A DNA stretch of 64,000 nt from Phyllobates terribilis (Eukaryota), in assembly GCF_046119375.1 (NCBI RefSeq), contig NW_027362765.1:93372001-93436000 (forward strand), in the 5' to 3' direction. Shown one piece after another: positions 1-12,200 of the stretch. Numbering within the stretch: the first letter of the stretch is position 1; every line of letters begins with the position of its first letter. Below the pieces are notes generated by a model. It worked only from the letters and a program-made list of their open reading frames with translations. It was not told the DNA's origin and searched no databases. The translations under genes and the position numbers were made by a program.

Positions 1-96
1 ATATAAAGTGTGACATCTCTGTGCTGTCCATGTGCCACGTACTGGAATAGAATTTAGAATAGAAATGACAGATGTTTAGGTGTTAGATGTGCAAAG

Positions 97-125
97 AGAT
101 AGATAGATAGATAGATAGATAGATA
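97..125 (+). repeat. (GATA)n microsatellite
   Basis: About 7 perfect AGAT units read directly. Confidence 0.9.
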
Positions 126-231
126 GGGACCTCTGCCGATCTTAAGAGTGAAGTGAATGCAGTGCTAGTATACGAATGCATCCTGCCCACTGGCGCCCCC
201 TGTGCAGGCCACTGGAAATACTTTTTTAAGC

Positions 232-1722
232 ACGGTGGCTCAGTGGTTGGCACTGCAGCCTTGCAGCGCTGGGGTCCTGGGTTCAAATCCCACAAGGACA
301 ACATCTGCAAGGAGTTTGTATGTTCTCCCCGTGTTTGCGTGGGTTTCCTCTGGGTGCTCCGGTTTCCTCCCACACTCCAAAGACATACTGATGGGGAATG
401 TAGATTGTGAGTGTGAAGAATATTCTAGAATAATCACGTGCCCTGGTTGTCATGTTTCCAGGTACAGCGTAACCTGACTCGCAGCTGTAAGAGAGAAGGG
501 AGGGGGGCTTCAGTGCCAGTGTCCCTCTGTAGCTGTGAGCTGAGCTGACAGGAAGGCTCCCTGCTGTGATCCTTTCCTTTGTTCACTAACATGTGCTGTT
601 TTGTTAAGGTACTATATTTCAATACCGAGTTGTGGGAGAACTATATGTCCCAGTTCTTCACAAAATGGATTTTCTAGATCAGGAGGAGATAGCGAATGCC
701 AGACTGCATCCTAGCCCAATCTAGCGTGCAGGGACGAGGAGATACACGTCCCAGCCTTTTGGAACCTCCTAAAACCAGTGTGTTTAGTTTCCACAAGTAG
801 CAGGGGCCTGGCAGGGTCCGTTGACACCAGAACTGGTTCCCTGGGACCTTCCAGTAAGGATGTATGGGCCATTTTAGTTCTTGGAGTCTCTTAGCTAGGA
901 AGGAACAAGGGTGGAGACTTGGGGTTGAGTCGGGGGGCAGGAGTCAGAGTTCCCAGAGAGTTTGAAGGTCTCTGTAGCCGAAAGCCTATTGTCTTTTCCT
1001 GAGGAAGCTCGTGGCATCAAGAAGTGTGGGAGAAGTCCAGCAACCAAGCAGGGCCCACAACTTTCCCCATGTGGCCGCTCATCCCCCGAGCCATGCTTTC
1101 CATCTACTGGTAACTGACTTTAAGATCTGTTATGCTTGATGTACCATGCTTTTGTATTTGTAACTCTGACCACTGTATATGTATAACCTTGTGTATATAG
1201 TATATTGTTTAGTGAGCCCTTATGGCGATTAAATATATAATTTAATCTTGGGCTGTTCTTGTATCTCGATCCACAAACCCTGTGTGGCAAACGCGCTACC
1301 GGGCTGCTTTCTAGCCCGATATAAGTCTGTTATATCAAATAGAAACTGGTGGCAGCTCTATCCAGGTCGACAAGGCTCTGCTTCACGGGAGTAGTGAAAG
1401 AGCCTCTCTGCCTGTCAGGAGTGTGGGAGAGTGTGGGGCCACACCAGCGTCTGAGTGGACCACCTTGTCCCATTCCCTGGTGCCTCTCTGTACCCGTGTG
1501 GACAGGAGGTAACAGTGTAGAACTGTGCCGATCTGACCTTACGCATCTTTGAGGGGGTGTGGAACGTCACATTGGTGCAAAGGGTAGATCCGTACAGCGG
1601 GATTCTGCGGGGCCCCCCTGGTGCCATTTCTTCACAGTGAGCCCCAATGGGGACAGTGCCCATAATGTCTGTAAAGCACTGTGGAATTAATGGCGCTATA
1701 TAAGTGAGTAAAATAAATAAAT
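232..1722 (+). mobile_element. tRNA-derived V-SINE/HE1-like SINE, split by a solo LTR (SINE parts ~232-411 and 1637-1722)
   Basis: B-box-like GGGTTCAAATCCC, the typical core GTTTGTATGTTCTCCCCGTGTTTGCGTGGGTTTCCTC, and a LINE-like tail TGTAAAGCACTGTGGAATTAATGGCGCTATATAAG followed by (TAAA)n. Confidence 0.75.
412..1636 (+). mobile_element. Solo LTR (1225 bp) with 5-bp TSD GTGAG
   Basis: Begins TGTGAAGAA and ends TTCTTCACA (9-bp inverted termini). GTGAG lies at 407-411 and 1637-1641. The uninterrupted SINE copy at 22691-22777 has GTGAG only once. Strand inferred from ATTAAA at ~1228. Confidence 0.85.
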
Positions 1723-2014
1723 AAAAATAAATAGATAGATAGCAGACAGCTGTGAGCTGATATTATGAGGCTGGGAAGGTCCATGGTTATTGGATCGTTC
1801 CCAGCCTAAAAATACAAACATGCAGCCACCTCAAAATTGGCGCATCCATTAGACGCAACAATTCTGGCACTTTGCCCGGCTCTTCCCGAATGTCCTGGCA
1901 ATCAGGGTAATGGTAGTTGGGGTTGATTACAGCTGTGATTTGTCAAAAATCAAAGCTGGCATCAATCACTGTGGTTAGTAATAACAAAAAACACACAGCA
2001 AAAAAACACTTTAA

Positions 2015-2716
2015 GGCTATGTGCCCACGTTGCGGACCTGAAGCATATTTTTTACGCTTCTCCCTGGCGGGAAAATCGCATGCGGATATTACATGCGGTT
2101 TTCCCGCCAGGTAGAAGCGTTTGTGAGGCGTCTTTGCATGCATTTCCGCATGCGGGTTATCAAGCACTTCTCCAAGCATCACTTGGAAAAGTGCTTGACA
2201 ACTTGTTCAGAATGGTAAAAAATAAAAAAATAAACTTTATACTCACCTTCCGATGCATTCTCTGCCCCGTCCGGAGTCTTGAGCGGCTCACGCTGTTGTG
2301 TGCAGGACCTGCGGTGACGTCATTGAGTCATGTGGTGGGTCACATGACTCAATGACGTGGCAGGTCCTTCAGACAACAGCGCGACGGAGGGAAAACATCA
2401 GAAGATAAGTATAAACTTTATTTTATTCTTTTTTTTACAGGTTCTTTGGTACCCAGGTCTGGATGAGAGTATCCTCTCATCCAGACTTGGGTACCATCCG
2501 CACATTGATTCCGCTGCGCTTCCGCAAAATTAATGAACATGCTGCGGATTTTTGACCGCAGCATATACGCTGCGGAAAAATCCGCAGCATGGGCATTGAC
2601 ATTGCGGAATGCCATTGGGGACCATGGGGTGCGGATATACATGCGTTTTTCAAGCGTTTACGCTGCGGAAATTCCGCAGCATATACGCTTGAAAAACGCT
2701 ACGTGGGCACACAGCC
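2015..2716. mobile_element. PIF/Harbinger-type MITE
   Basis: TAA|GGCTATGTGCCCACG ... CGTGGGCACACAGCC|TAA: imperfect TIRs and a 3-bp TAA TSD. Confidence 0.75.
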
Positions 2717-3093
2717 TAACCGAATAAGTTTCCCCTTCACTATGCCTCGTTCACAATTTATTTTAAAAAAAAATCCCATGCAGGTCTGAAGTAGTCCAGA
2801 AAAGGATACCTGAAAGACATAAAAATGACAGAAATAAAGACAATAGACAGTCCCTCGTTCACCAATTTATTACTCAAGATGTTCCCTCGATGCTCCGTCG
2901 TAATCCATGTTCCTCGAATCTTGCTCTGGTGACTGTGAATAGCAGTAAAGTTCCTGCTATTCACAGGTGTCGGGTAGTGACTACAATGACCATCAGAGCT
3001 GCCAAGTCTCGCTGAGCTCAGCGAGACCCGGCGACAATGATGATGGGTGACGTCACTACCCAGTGCCTGTGAACAGCGGTAACTTTACTGCTA

Positions 3094-4277
3094 TGACTCG
3101 CCCAGGGGAATGGGGATGACTCGGTACCCGGGCCTTTAGCCTGGCCTTTAGGGATGTCGCAGTGGTCGGCTCCCGGGCCCGTACCCTGGGGTCTCTCCTT
3201 AAAAAGAGGAGAATAGTCGTTTATTTTATTAAAGAGTTCGCGACGCCACCTGTGGCTTCTGGTGAGGATCACCAGCGCTGCGCAGTCCACTGAGGCCGAT
3301 GATAATGCAGCTGGATGGTATAGCTCCCCACAGGTGGAGCTGGGCCTCAGGGCAGTGTATGAGAAGGGATGCAGGACAGGCGCGACCCAGCCAGATCAGA
3401 GCAAGAACAGGGACAGACACGATAGTCACTTCAGTACCTTTTACTGATGGAAATTCAGGCACATCCCGGAGCACTGTAGGGTGAAGGGTGCATGTCAGGA
3501 TCCTCCCCAATGAGTGGGTTTCGGGCTTCCTGTTTCTTGCCTCTGTGTAGTAAGTTTCTGACCTGCCTAGAGCTAGGCCTAACTTTGTCTCTATCCTGCG
3601 CTGGCTGACCTTGTGGTAGGGCCTTTCCTTGGAGTGCACACTCCCGACTTAAGGGGCCTATGTGTCTCCTGGCTCTGTTACGTATCAGCACTTTAGCGAT
3701 CCTGGGACTTGTAGTTCTCCAGGGATTCCGGTTTGCCTTACTGGGTCATGGAGATCCCGGTAAGCTTCGGACCCGGTGTCTGGTAACTACTTCGGGGTGA
3801 GCCAGTTAAGCTCCTCTGCCCCCTATGTACTAACTCTCCTCTTGCCTTCGGCCTACTCGGGCCCTCACTAGGCTACTCACACTAACGGCAGCTTGCCGCG
3901 CTTCACCAATCTTATGGCGCCGGCACACCTAAAGTTCACCTCTCTGAGCTACACGGAGTCTTGATCTGGATAAGCTCCACTGCAGGATAGCAATTGCAGG
4001 AGCTGGAACAGGCTTTTGTCCTCTGAGGTAACTCTTCTTAGTCTGCACTGGACTCACTGCTAAACCAGACTGAACTTGACTCTGACTCCGGAATAGACTC
4101 TAACTAACTGCTGCCTGGCTCCACCTTCCCTATTTATCTATCTATCCCTAACGGGCTCCCTCTGGTGGTCTGAGGTGGAAGGTGGAGATGTGTGAATGGT
4201 TATGGGGGCCTCTTGTGGAGGAATCCATCAATACACCCTTCTAGGATCTGTGATACCAAGCGCAGCTGGGCGTCACA
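3094..4277 (-). repeat. G1 3' LTR (1184 bp)
   Basis: About 97% identical to 17647-18826 (roughly 30 substitutions and one 4-bp indel by eye). Preceded on the element strand by PPT TTAACTAGGGGGGAA (4278-4292). Confidence 0.95.
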
Positions 4278-4834
4278 TTCCCCCCTAGTTAAACTCAGCA
4301 CTCCCGAGCTGAAGTACATTTTATAACACAATAACAATAGGAAACATAAGCAATACAAGAACAATCTTCCCTTTATGGGAGGCGCCAAGCTTAAACGTTA
4401 CATAACCATAACAAATACAGAGTGTCCTCAGAATTCAAGTCTTCTATGGTGAGGTTCCAAAACTGGATGTCCATCTCACAAGGTAGAGTACTTGGTGGTT
4501 TTGAGGAACCTGTCCTAAACCCTCTACGTAGGCCCTGGGGTGGCTGCAGGGCATGAAGATCCCGTGCTGGACCTCCAAGAGAGCCACTCCAGACAGGTTT
4601 TTCTTCTGAGGTCACCTAAAGGGGCACTCCAGGGAGCGCAATTATATACAAAAGCAGTTTTTGGGCTGCACACAGTCCTCAGCCACGAAGTTCTTAGGTA
4701 ATTAAGGAAGGAATTAATGAGGTAAAGCACAAATTAATAAAGGCAGACATATGCATTGAAAACACACAATTATACAATACCCCAGGGGTAACTATCTACA
4801 TTTTCAGAAATTTTGACCATCTACTGCGTGTACC

Positions 4835-6858
4835 TAGCAGGGGGTTTACCTCTCGTGCTACGTGTTGATCTGCGTAGTGCGGTGGTCTGTGGGGTATCAG
4901 TGTCTGTATTTTCGGTTACTCTACCAGTTCTACGTGTAACCATGTTGTAAAACTGCCTTAACCTCTCTCTTGGACTGGCAAGTCTACCATTGGCTGGGCC
5001 CTCTTGCTCTGCTCCTACCGGGGATCCTTCATCCGGGGATACTTCTTGAGCTGGCTCCTCTGCAGCACTTACAGGTTCAACTTGCTGTGACTGGGACGAT
5101 TACTGCACCTCCTATTTGAGGCCAATCTGTTAGGAAGTCTCCTAGGTCAGTGTGGATCACTGTTTCTTCAGGTTCTTCCTGCATTGTGAGAGGCACTTTT
5201 TCTTGGGGTTTCAGTAAGTCTGGACACAACTTTAGGTGGTCCCTGGACACTGTTGTAGACGTTTTTCCTCCATCTCGACTGATTATGCATGTCTTCTTGT
5301 TGTCAAACCTCGACGGTAACACAGTGTAGGGGTCTTTTTCCCACTGGTCATCAAGTTTGTGGTTACATCTTTTCCTTTTCAGTACTGTTTCACCAGGTGC
5401 GAAAGGTTCTGCGGGTGCGTTTTTATTGTATTGAACTTCCTGCTTTTCTCTCACCCGAGTAAGACTGTCCTTGACACAAGCTTGTACCCTTCTGTACTGC
5501 TCTTGTCTGGTCTTGTCCCAGTCCTCAGTGGTCATATCAGCTTCAGGCTCAACAACACCAAGCTCCAGGTCCATGGGCAGTTTTCCTGGCCTTGCCCGCA
5601 TGAGATATGCCGGAGTGAAGTTGGTGGAACTGACTGGTATATGATTGTACAAATCCACTAGATCTGGTAATAGGTCTGAACACTGGTTTCTCTCCTCAAG
5701 TGGTATGGTCTTTAGCAGGTCGATGATGACGTTGTTCATCTTTTCGCAGAGACCGTTGGTTTGTGGGTGGTAAGGTGTAGTTCTTATCTTTTTGCAACCG
5801 TACAAATGGCAGAACTCCTTGAACAACTCAGCCTCAAAGGCTGGGCCTTGGTCCGTCAGCACCTGCTCAGGATATCCGTGGGGTCTGCAGAACTACGCTT
5901 GGAATGTCTTTGCTGCTGTCTCTGCCGTCAGGTCTTTGACGGGGGCGACCACCAGGAAACGTGAGTAGTGATCCACCATGGTCAGAGCATAAGAGTACCC
6001 TGCCCTGCTGGCGGACAGCTTGACATGGTCCAGGGCCATGATCTCCAGAGGTCGAGTCGTCTTGATGGGTTGCAGGGGTGCCTTCTGACTGCTGAAGTCT
6101 TTTCTTCTTAGGCCACAGGGTCCACAGTCCCGGCCCCACCTCTCAATGGAGCTGCGCATTCCTACCCAGTAGAATCGACACTTCAGCAGAGTCTCCAACT
6201 TTTTCCAGCCAAAGTGCCCCGCCTGATCGTGGTAAGCCTCTAATACCATTTGGATGTCTGTCTTCAGGACCACTATCTGCCATACCATCTCATGAGTTCT
6301 TGGATTAACGTACCTTGATGCGGCTGACAACCGGGTCGCTGTCCTGGGTCTCCTTCCAGCTGTGGTGAGGCAGGGGGTGTAACGTATTTCCACGCTGTTT
6401 CCTGGAGGCTCGTTGCTCATGGATCATCCCACTCCGATGAAAGGCAGGTAGCTCTATCTCTTCCAGGTCACCCACTTCTTCTTCTGTGTCTGACTGGTGA
6501 GGCATCCTAGACAGGGCATCGGCGTTGGCGTTCTTGCGGCCCGCCCGGTATTTAATTGTAAATTGGTAGTTTGACAACCGAGCCACCCATCATTGTTCCA
6601 GTGCCCTGAGCTTAGCTGTTTCGAGATGGGTCAAGGGGTTGTTATCAGTGAAGGCAGTGAACTTACTGGAGGCCAGATAGTGCTTGAATCTTTCAGTGAT
6701 GGCCCAGACCAAGGCCAGGAACTCCAACTTAAAACTGCTATAGTTCTCTGGGTTCCTCTCAGTCGGGCGGAGCTTCCTGCTTGCGTATGCGATCACCTTC
6801 TCTTGGCCATTCTGCTTCTGACTTAGAACAGCGCCCAGCCCTTCATTGCTGGCATCTG
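4835..6858 (-). pseudogene. G1 pol, RNase H-integrase part (stops and frameshifts)
   Basis: YTDASNEGLGAVLSQ...AYASRKL...KLEFLALVWAITERF...TDNNPL (RNase H), H-H-C-C zinc motif, LDH...TDQGPAFE...NGLCEKMN (integrase core), and tail LRRSTRSTRGKPPARY. Broken into several ORFs (6590-6949, 6305-6586, 5893-6420, 5077-5862). Confidence 0.92.
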
Positions 6859-6862
6859 TATA

Positions 6863-7870
6863 TGTGTCACCCCAGGCCTGGATGCCACAAACTAGTAAGG
6901 CTGTGTCTGAGAGCAGGAGGGAGGTTCTCTGGTCATGGACCATTTGCATGCCGCACCTCCTGTCCCAGGCCAGTAGGGGGAGCAGGCTGCCCCTATAAAA
7001 ACTGGTACTGAGGGCAGGGTTAGAGAGACCAGGACCCGCTTCTGAAGTATCCAGAAGGGTTCCCAGAAGCAGAGGGACAGGTCAGCCGCAGCTGAGGAGT
7101 CCAGGAGGCAAAGGAGGAGCAGAAAGTCAGGGACAGAGGCGACGAGAGCCGGTCCTGACAGAGAGAAACTACATACCGGACACTGGGGTTCGAGGCTATC
7201 AGGGTTGCAAGCCCTGCAGCAGAAAACCAACCCGCAGGGGATTGCAGGTCCCTTGGCCAAGAAGCCTGGAGGTTCCGCCACACAGAGGGACCGGTACAGC
7301 ACGGAGAAGCTACAGGTACCTAAGGCCCGAGTCGCAAGCCATACAGGAGTAGTACACGGCAAGCTCAGGGACGTGGGCTATCATACCACTAAAGGGGGAG
7401 ATAGTCAGCAAGGGCAGAAAGAGAACGGTAGGCCTACCCACTCACCCTGACCAGCGGAGCTCGCCCGAATGCCCTCAGACACCCAGGTCCATTCCTACCC
7501 TGTACTCCTGTTGGGTCTATGATAAGATCAGTAAACGACCCTGGACTGCATTATTGGACTCTGTGTGGTTACTGCTGCGCCTGCACCATCACCCCCAGCA
7601 TCCTATCACACTGCCCTGAGGCTACACTCCTCCCGTGGGGAGTTGTACTATTCCCTGCTGCATCCCCAACACCAGCCTCAGCGGTCTGACTTGCAGCGGC
7701 GGTCCTCCCTAATAGCAATCCACGGGTGGCGTAGTCGGACATTACCTAAAACACATCATAGACTACCACTGGTCTGACCACCCTGAGCCACGGGACCGTG
7801 TTGCCACTACTACTCCCAGCATTGCCCTGAAGTCCGGTCTCGAGTGCCCCACGGCCCAGGGGGCGAGTCA
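6863..7870 (+). repeat. G2 5' LTR (1008 bp)
   Basis: About 98% identical to 13711-14703 (roughly 17 substitutions and one 15-bp indel by eye). Confidence 0.95.
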
Positions 7871-7874
7871 GCTT

Positions 7875-7893
7875 TGGCGTAGTCGGCAGGATT
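7875..7893 (+). promoter_or_regulatory. G2 primer-binding site, tRNA-Ser(AGA/UGA type)
   Basis: TGGCGTAGTCGGCAGGATT, complementary to the vertebrate tRNA-Ser 3' end AATCCTGCCGACTACG-CCA, 4 nt after the LTR. Confidence 0.9.
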
Positions 7894-8291
7894 GAGACCA
7901 ACCCGCCACAAACGGGTATTGCGTACCTGAAAAAGACTGTACACGTACCTGAAGAAGAGGTTTCCCGCCATCCGGAGCCGTTTCCCGCCATTTTCAGCCG
8001 TCTCCCGCCATCTTCCGTCAGTTCCCGCCATCTTCAGCCGTTTTCCCGCCATCGGACGCCATCTTCAGGACGCCGCGCAGGAAGAAGAGGGGCGTGGACG
8101 TCCAAACCGCGCGAGACCCGAAGCTCCGCGCCACGCACCGACGCTGCGCAAGGTCCTGGAAGGGAGAGAGAGCGACGCTGAAGTCACCAGGACGCGACGC
8201 AAGGTCCTCGTCCGGAGCAGCACCAGCGGACCCGCGGCCTACAGAAGAGGATCGTCGGAAGGTAGGCCACGCTTAACTAGGGGGGAGGAAG

Positions 8292-9276
8292 ATGACGGAC
8301 ACGGAGGGGCCTTCTACAACCAGCGGGGCTGCAACAGCTGTGATGCCGTTCTCTATGCCCTACATCCCCGGAGCAGCCTGGCTACCTCAATACTCAGGGG
8401 ACCCCCATACCTTAACTGACTTTAGGGAAAGACTGCACAATTTGTTCAAAGTTTATCCCCTGACGGAAGAACAGAAAGTGAGCATTCTAACGGGGCAGCT
8501 CACCGGTGCAGCCCAGCGGGAAGTGAAATCATGGTCAGATGAAGAGAAAAAGACAGTAAAGGACATTCTGACCCGGCTGCGGAGTACCTTTGATACCCGT
8601 ACTTCAGCAGAAATAAAAATGCGGTTCTATGGCTGTAAGCAGCGGGCCCAGGATAGCATCAGAGACTATGCCTTGAACCTGCAAGAAGCCCTGAGAGCTA
8701 TCAAACAAGCTGACCCTGGTAGCGTGCAGGACTCTGATAAACTGTTGACTGATCAGTTCATAGAAGGTCTGCTGTCCAGCTCCCACAGAACCCAGCTGCG
8801 CCTCATGGCCCTACAGAACCCCGATTTGACTTTTGCGCAGTTCAAGGATCGGGCCATCCAAGTGCTCAGAGAACCCGCAGCAGGTGGCTTCCCGGCGCCC
8901 TGCCATCACTTACCACCAGGGGGCAGCGCCCTACCCCGCAGACCTTGTGGGGGCTGATGCACAGGCCCTAAATCCATCCCAGCCTGCAGACCTGCACTAT
9001 CAGGTCCAGGAGGTAACAAAGAGTGTGGCTGAATTAACCAGGACCGTACAGTCGTTGCAGGTGGAACCGTCAAGGCCAATCGAGCTAGCTTCCAGTCCGG
9101 AGGATGTCCCGTGGCGTCGACAGAGGAGGATCCCGCCGTTCAGAGGGAGGCCCGCCGACCGCTACGCTGAGGATGGACAGCCGATTTGCCGCCGTTGCAG
9201 TCAGCCAGGACACATAGCAAGGTACTGTACTTTAAATGGGTCTGACCTGGGGCAGAGGGCCAACCCCCAGGCATAA
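8292..9276 (+). pseudogene. G2 gag (one frameshift at ~8870-8890) with CCHC knuckle
   Basis: Capsid-like N-terminal part in ORF 8292-8957. C-terminal part in the next frame contains CRRCSQPGHIARYC. Colinear with G1 gag. Confidence 0.9.
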
Positions 9277-12200
9277 GGTCATCAGGCCCGTCTAATTGGC
9301 GTGATAAGTACGTGGGAGGACGCCCGATCTTACCCGTAGTGCTGGACGGTATCCCCATGAGTGCACTGCTGGACACCGGGTCTCAAGTGACTACCATCCC
9401 CTACGTACTTTTCAAGTGGTACTGGAGTGACGCTGACATAACCTGCTACCCAGACGATGACTTAAGCATGATTGCCAGCAATGGCCAACCCGTGCCGCAG
9501 GTGGGGTTCAGAGAGATGACCATCAAGATTGGTAAGGTGGAACTGCCGGCACAGGGAGTGATCATTGTGGACATTGACCGTCGTGAAAGTCACCCTAAAA
9601 TAACTGTGGGTACTAATGTGATTGAAAACTGTCTCTCAGAAGTAATTGTGATTTTACAGCAGGTGGCGATGAATGCAAGCTCCAGCCAAAAGAGGGTCCT
9701 CCAGAAAGAGATAAGAGTCCTGATGAGACGGCAGCAGGTAGAACTGTCTGGTGGTGAGATCGGTAGCGTAAGAATGAGTGACCCATTCCCCATTTCCATG
9801 CCTTCCAAAAGTGAAATGATGATCTGGTGTCGGACTGCAATCGGGTTGAGAGGCAGAGACTACCAAGCCATGGTAGAACCCGTGTACTCAGACAGCAGTC
9901 CCACCATTTTGACAGCCTGGAGGGTGGTTGATGTCCGTCATGGGAGGGTGCCCGTTCGCATTCTCAACATTGGGGAGAGGGAGGTACACCAACCCAGGTA
10001 CGCTACACTTGCCAAACTGTTTGCTGTTGAGCACAAAGCTATCAGGGCCGTGGAACCGTTGCCTCCATCTCCACAGGCGGAGGGTAATGGCTCCCAGAAA
10101 CAAAAGGAGGACTGGTGCCAGAAACTCCATGTGGGTGCTGACTCCACTCCCCTGCACCAAAAACAAGGAGTCTACTGGGTGGTTCTGGAGAACGAGAGAA
10201 TTTTTAGTAAGCACCCGGTAGACTTCGGCAGAGTAAAAGGGATAGAACACCATATCCCAACGGGGAGCCACCCACCAATAAAAGAGAGACACAGGCCTGT
10301 ACCCCCTGCACATTATCAGAACGCCAAGGGTATGCTGAGAGAAATGAAAGAAGCTGGGGTCATTAGAGATAGCTGTAGCCCCTGGGCAGCTCCCTTAGTT
10401 TTGGTAAAAAAGAAAGACGGTACCATGAGAATGTGCGTAGACCATAGGCAAATCAATAGTATCACCCATAAAGATGCGTACCCGTTGCCTAGGATAGAGG
10501 AGTCTTTAGCAGCTCTAAAATCAGCTAATTTCTTCTCTACTTTGGACCTTACTAGCGGGTATTGGCAGGTTCCTGTGGCAGAGGCTGACAAGGAGAAGAC
10601 CGCCTTCACCACCCCGATGGGACTGAGCGAGTTCAACTGTATGCCCTTCGGGCTCTGCAACGCACCAGGGACCTTCCAGAGGCTGATGGAATGCTGTCTA
10701 GGACACCGAAACTTCGAGACGGTCCTCCTTTACCTGGACGACGTGATCGTCTATTCGAAGACTTACGAGGACCATCTAAAGCACCTGGCCGAGGTGTTCG
10801 AAGCCCTGGCAGGCTACGGCCTGAAAGTAAAGCCTTCAAAGTGCCACCTGTTAAAACCGAAGGTCCAGTACCTAGGACACGTGGTGAGTGCAGAGGGAGT
10901 AGCTCCCGACCCCGACAAAGTTACAGCCATCAAGAGCTGGCCAAGCCCCTCTAACATCAAGGGAGTGAGGCAATTCCTCGGGTTGGTAGGCTACTACCGA
11001 AGGTTCATCCCCGGGTTCACTAAGATGGCAGCCCCTATGCAGGACCTCCTGATAGGGCAATCTAAATCCAGAAGTCACAAGCCACCCTTCAAGTGGGACA
11101 AGCCGGAAGAGGAGTCCTTCCACCAGTTGAAGATGGCCCTCACGGGGGATGAGATCCTGGCCTACCCCGATTATGGTCAGCCTTTTATCGTCCACACAGA
11201 TGCCAGTAATGTGGGGCTGGGAGCCGTACTGTCACAGAACCAACAGGGCAGAGAAAGGGTGCTAGAATTCTTGGCAGTGGTGTGGGCCATCACAAAACGC
11301 TTTAAGCATTCCCTGGCCTCCGCAAAGTTCACCGTGTACATGGACAACAACCCGTTGACACATCTGGACAATGCAAGACTAGGTGCCCTAGAACAGCAGT
11401 GGATGGCCCGGCTATCCAATTACGACTTCACAATCAAATACCGGGCAGGCAGAACCAACGCCAATGCAGACGCCCTATCAAGAATGCCCCATCTACCTGA
11501 AGGAGAAGACGACTCGGAAGAGCTGGAGGAAATAGAGCTCCCTGCGTTCCACCGGTATTGGGCCACTCAGTATTCTCATGGGGTAAGAGACAAAGACTTG
11601 ACCACCGTCATGTTCAACCCCTTACCCCACCACGGCTGGGCTGAAACGCAAGATAGCGACCCTGCAATACGCCTGGTGAAAGACATGTTAACCCAGGAAG
11701 ACGCTAGCCCTGGCCCGGACGCTCCAGAGGAAGCCAAGCAGATATGGAAGGAGAAAAGCAGGCTATTCCTCTACGAGGGTAAGCTGTGCAGAAGGCTTGT
11801 CAACCACCGGACGCACGAGCTAACCTGGCAGATAGTGGTCCCAAGGCGAGATGCAGCAATGGTCCTGGAGGCCTACCATGACAGAGCGGGACACTTCGGG
11901 TGGAAGAAACTGAAGTTCCTACTGAGAGAGCGGTTCTACAGGGTCGGCATGAGAAGGGCCTTCGAGAAGTGGAGCAGGGACTGTGGCCCATGCCACCTCA
12001 GAAGGAAGGACCGTACCAGCCAGCAGACACCCTTGAGGCCCATCGTCACCAGGCAGCCTCTTGAGCTGGTAGCTCTGGACCATGTGAAATTGGCTCCAAG
12101 CCGGTCGGGCTACGTCTATGCCCTGACAATTGTGGACCATTACTCCCGGTTCCTGGAAGTGGTTCCTGTTAAAGACCTGACAGCCCAAACAGCGGCCAGA

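Noticed and set aside
4391-4615. G1 post-pol ORF with an Ig-like word (LTIEDLNSEDT), considered as env or captured Ig
   Set aside because: Only 74 aa, lacks the Y-x-C and the other Ig cysteine/tryptophan, has no signal peptide or furin site, and has no counterpart in G2.
6892-7362. Antisense ORF open in both G2 LTRs (also 13533-14210), and similar paired ORFs in the G1 and G3 LTRs
   Set aside because: The LTR pairs are 96-98% identical, so shared open frames are expected; there is no recognisable domain.
7875-7893. tRNA genes at the tRNA-like sequences (also 17621-17638 and 24889-24906)
   Set aside because: Only 18-19-nt complements of tRNA 3' ends including CCA, adjacent to LTRs; these are primer-binding sites, not genes.
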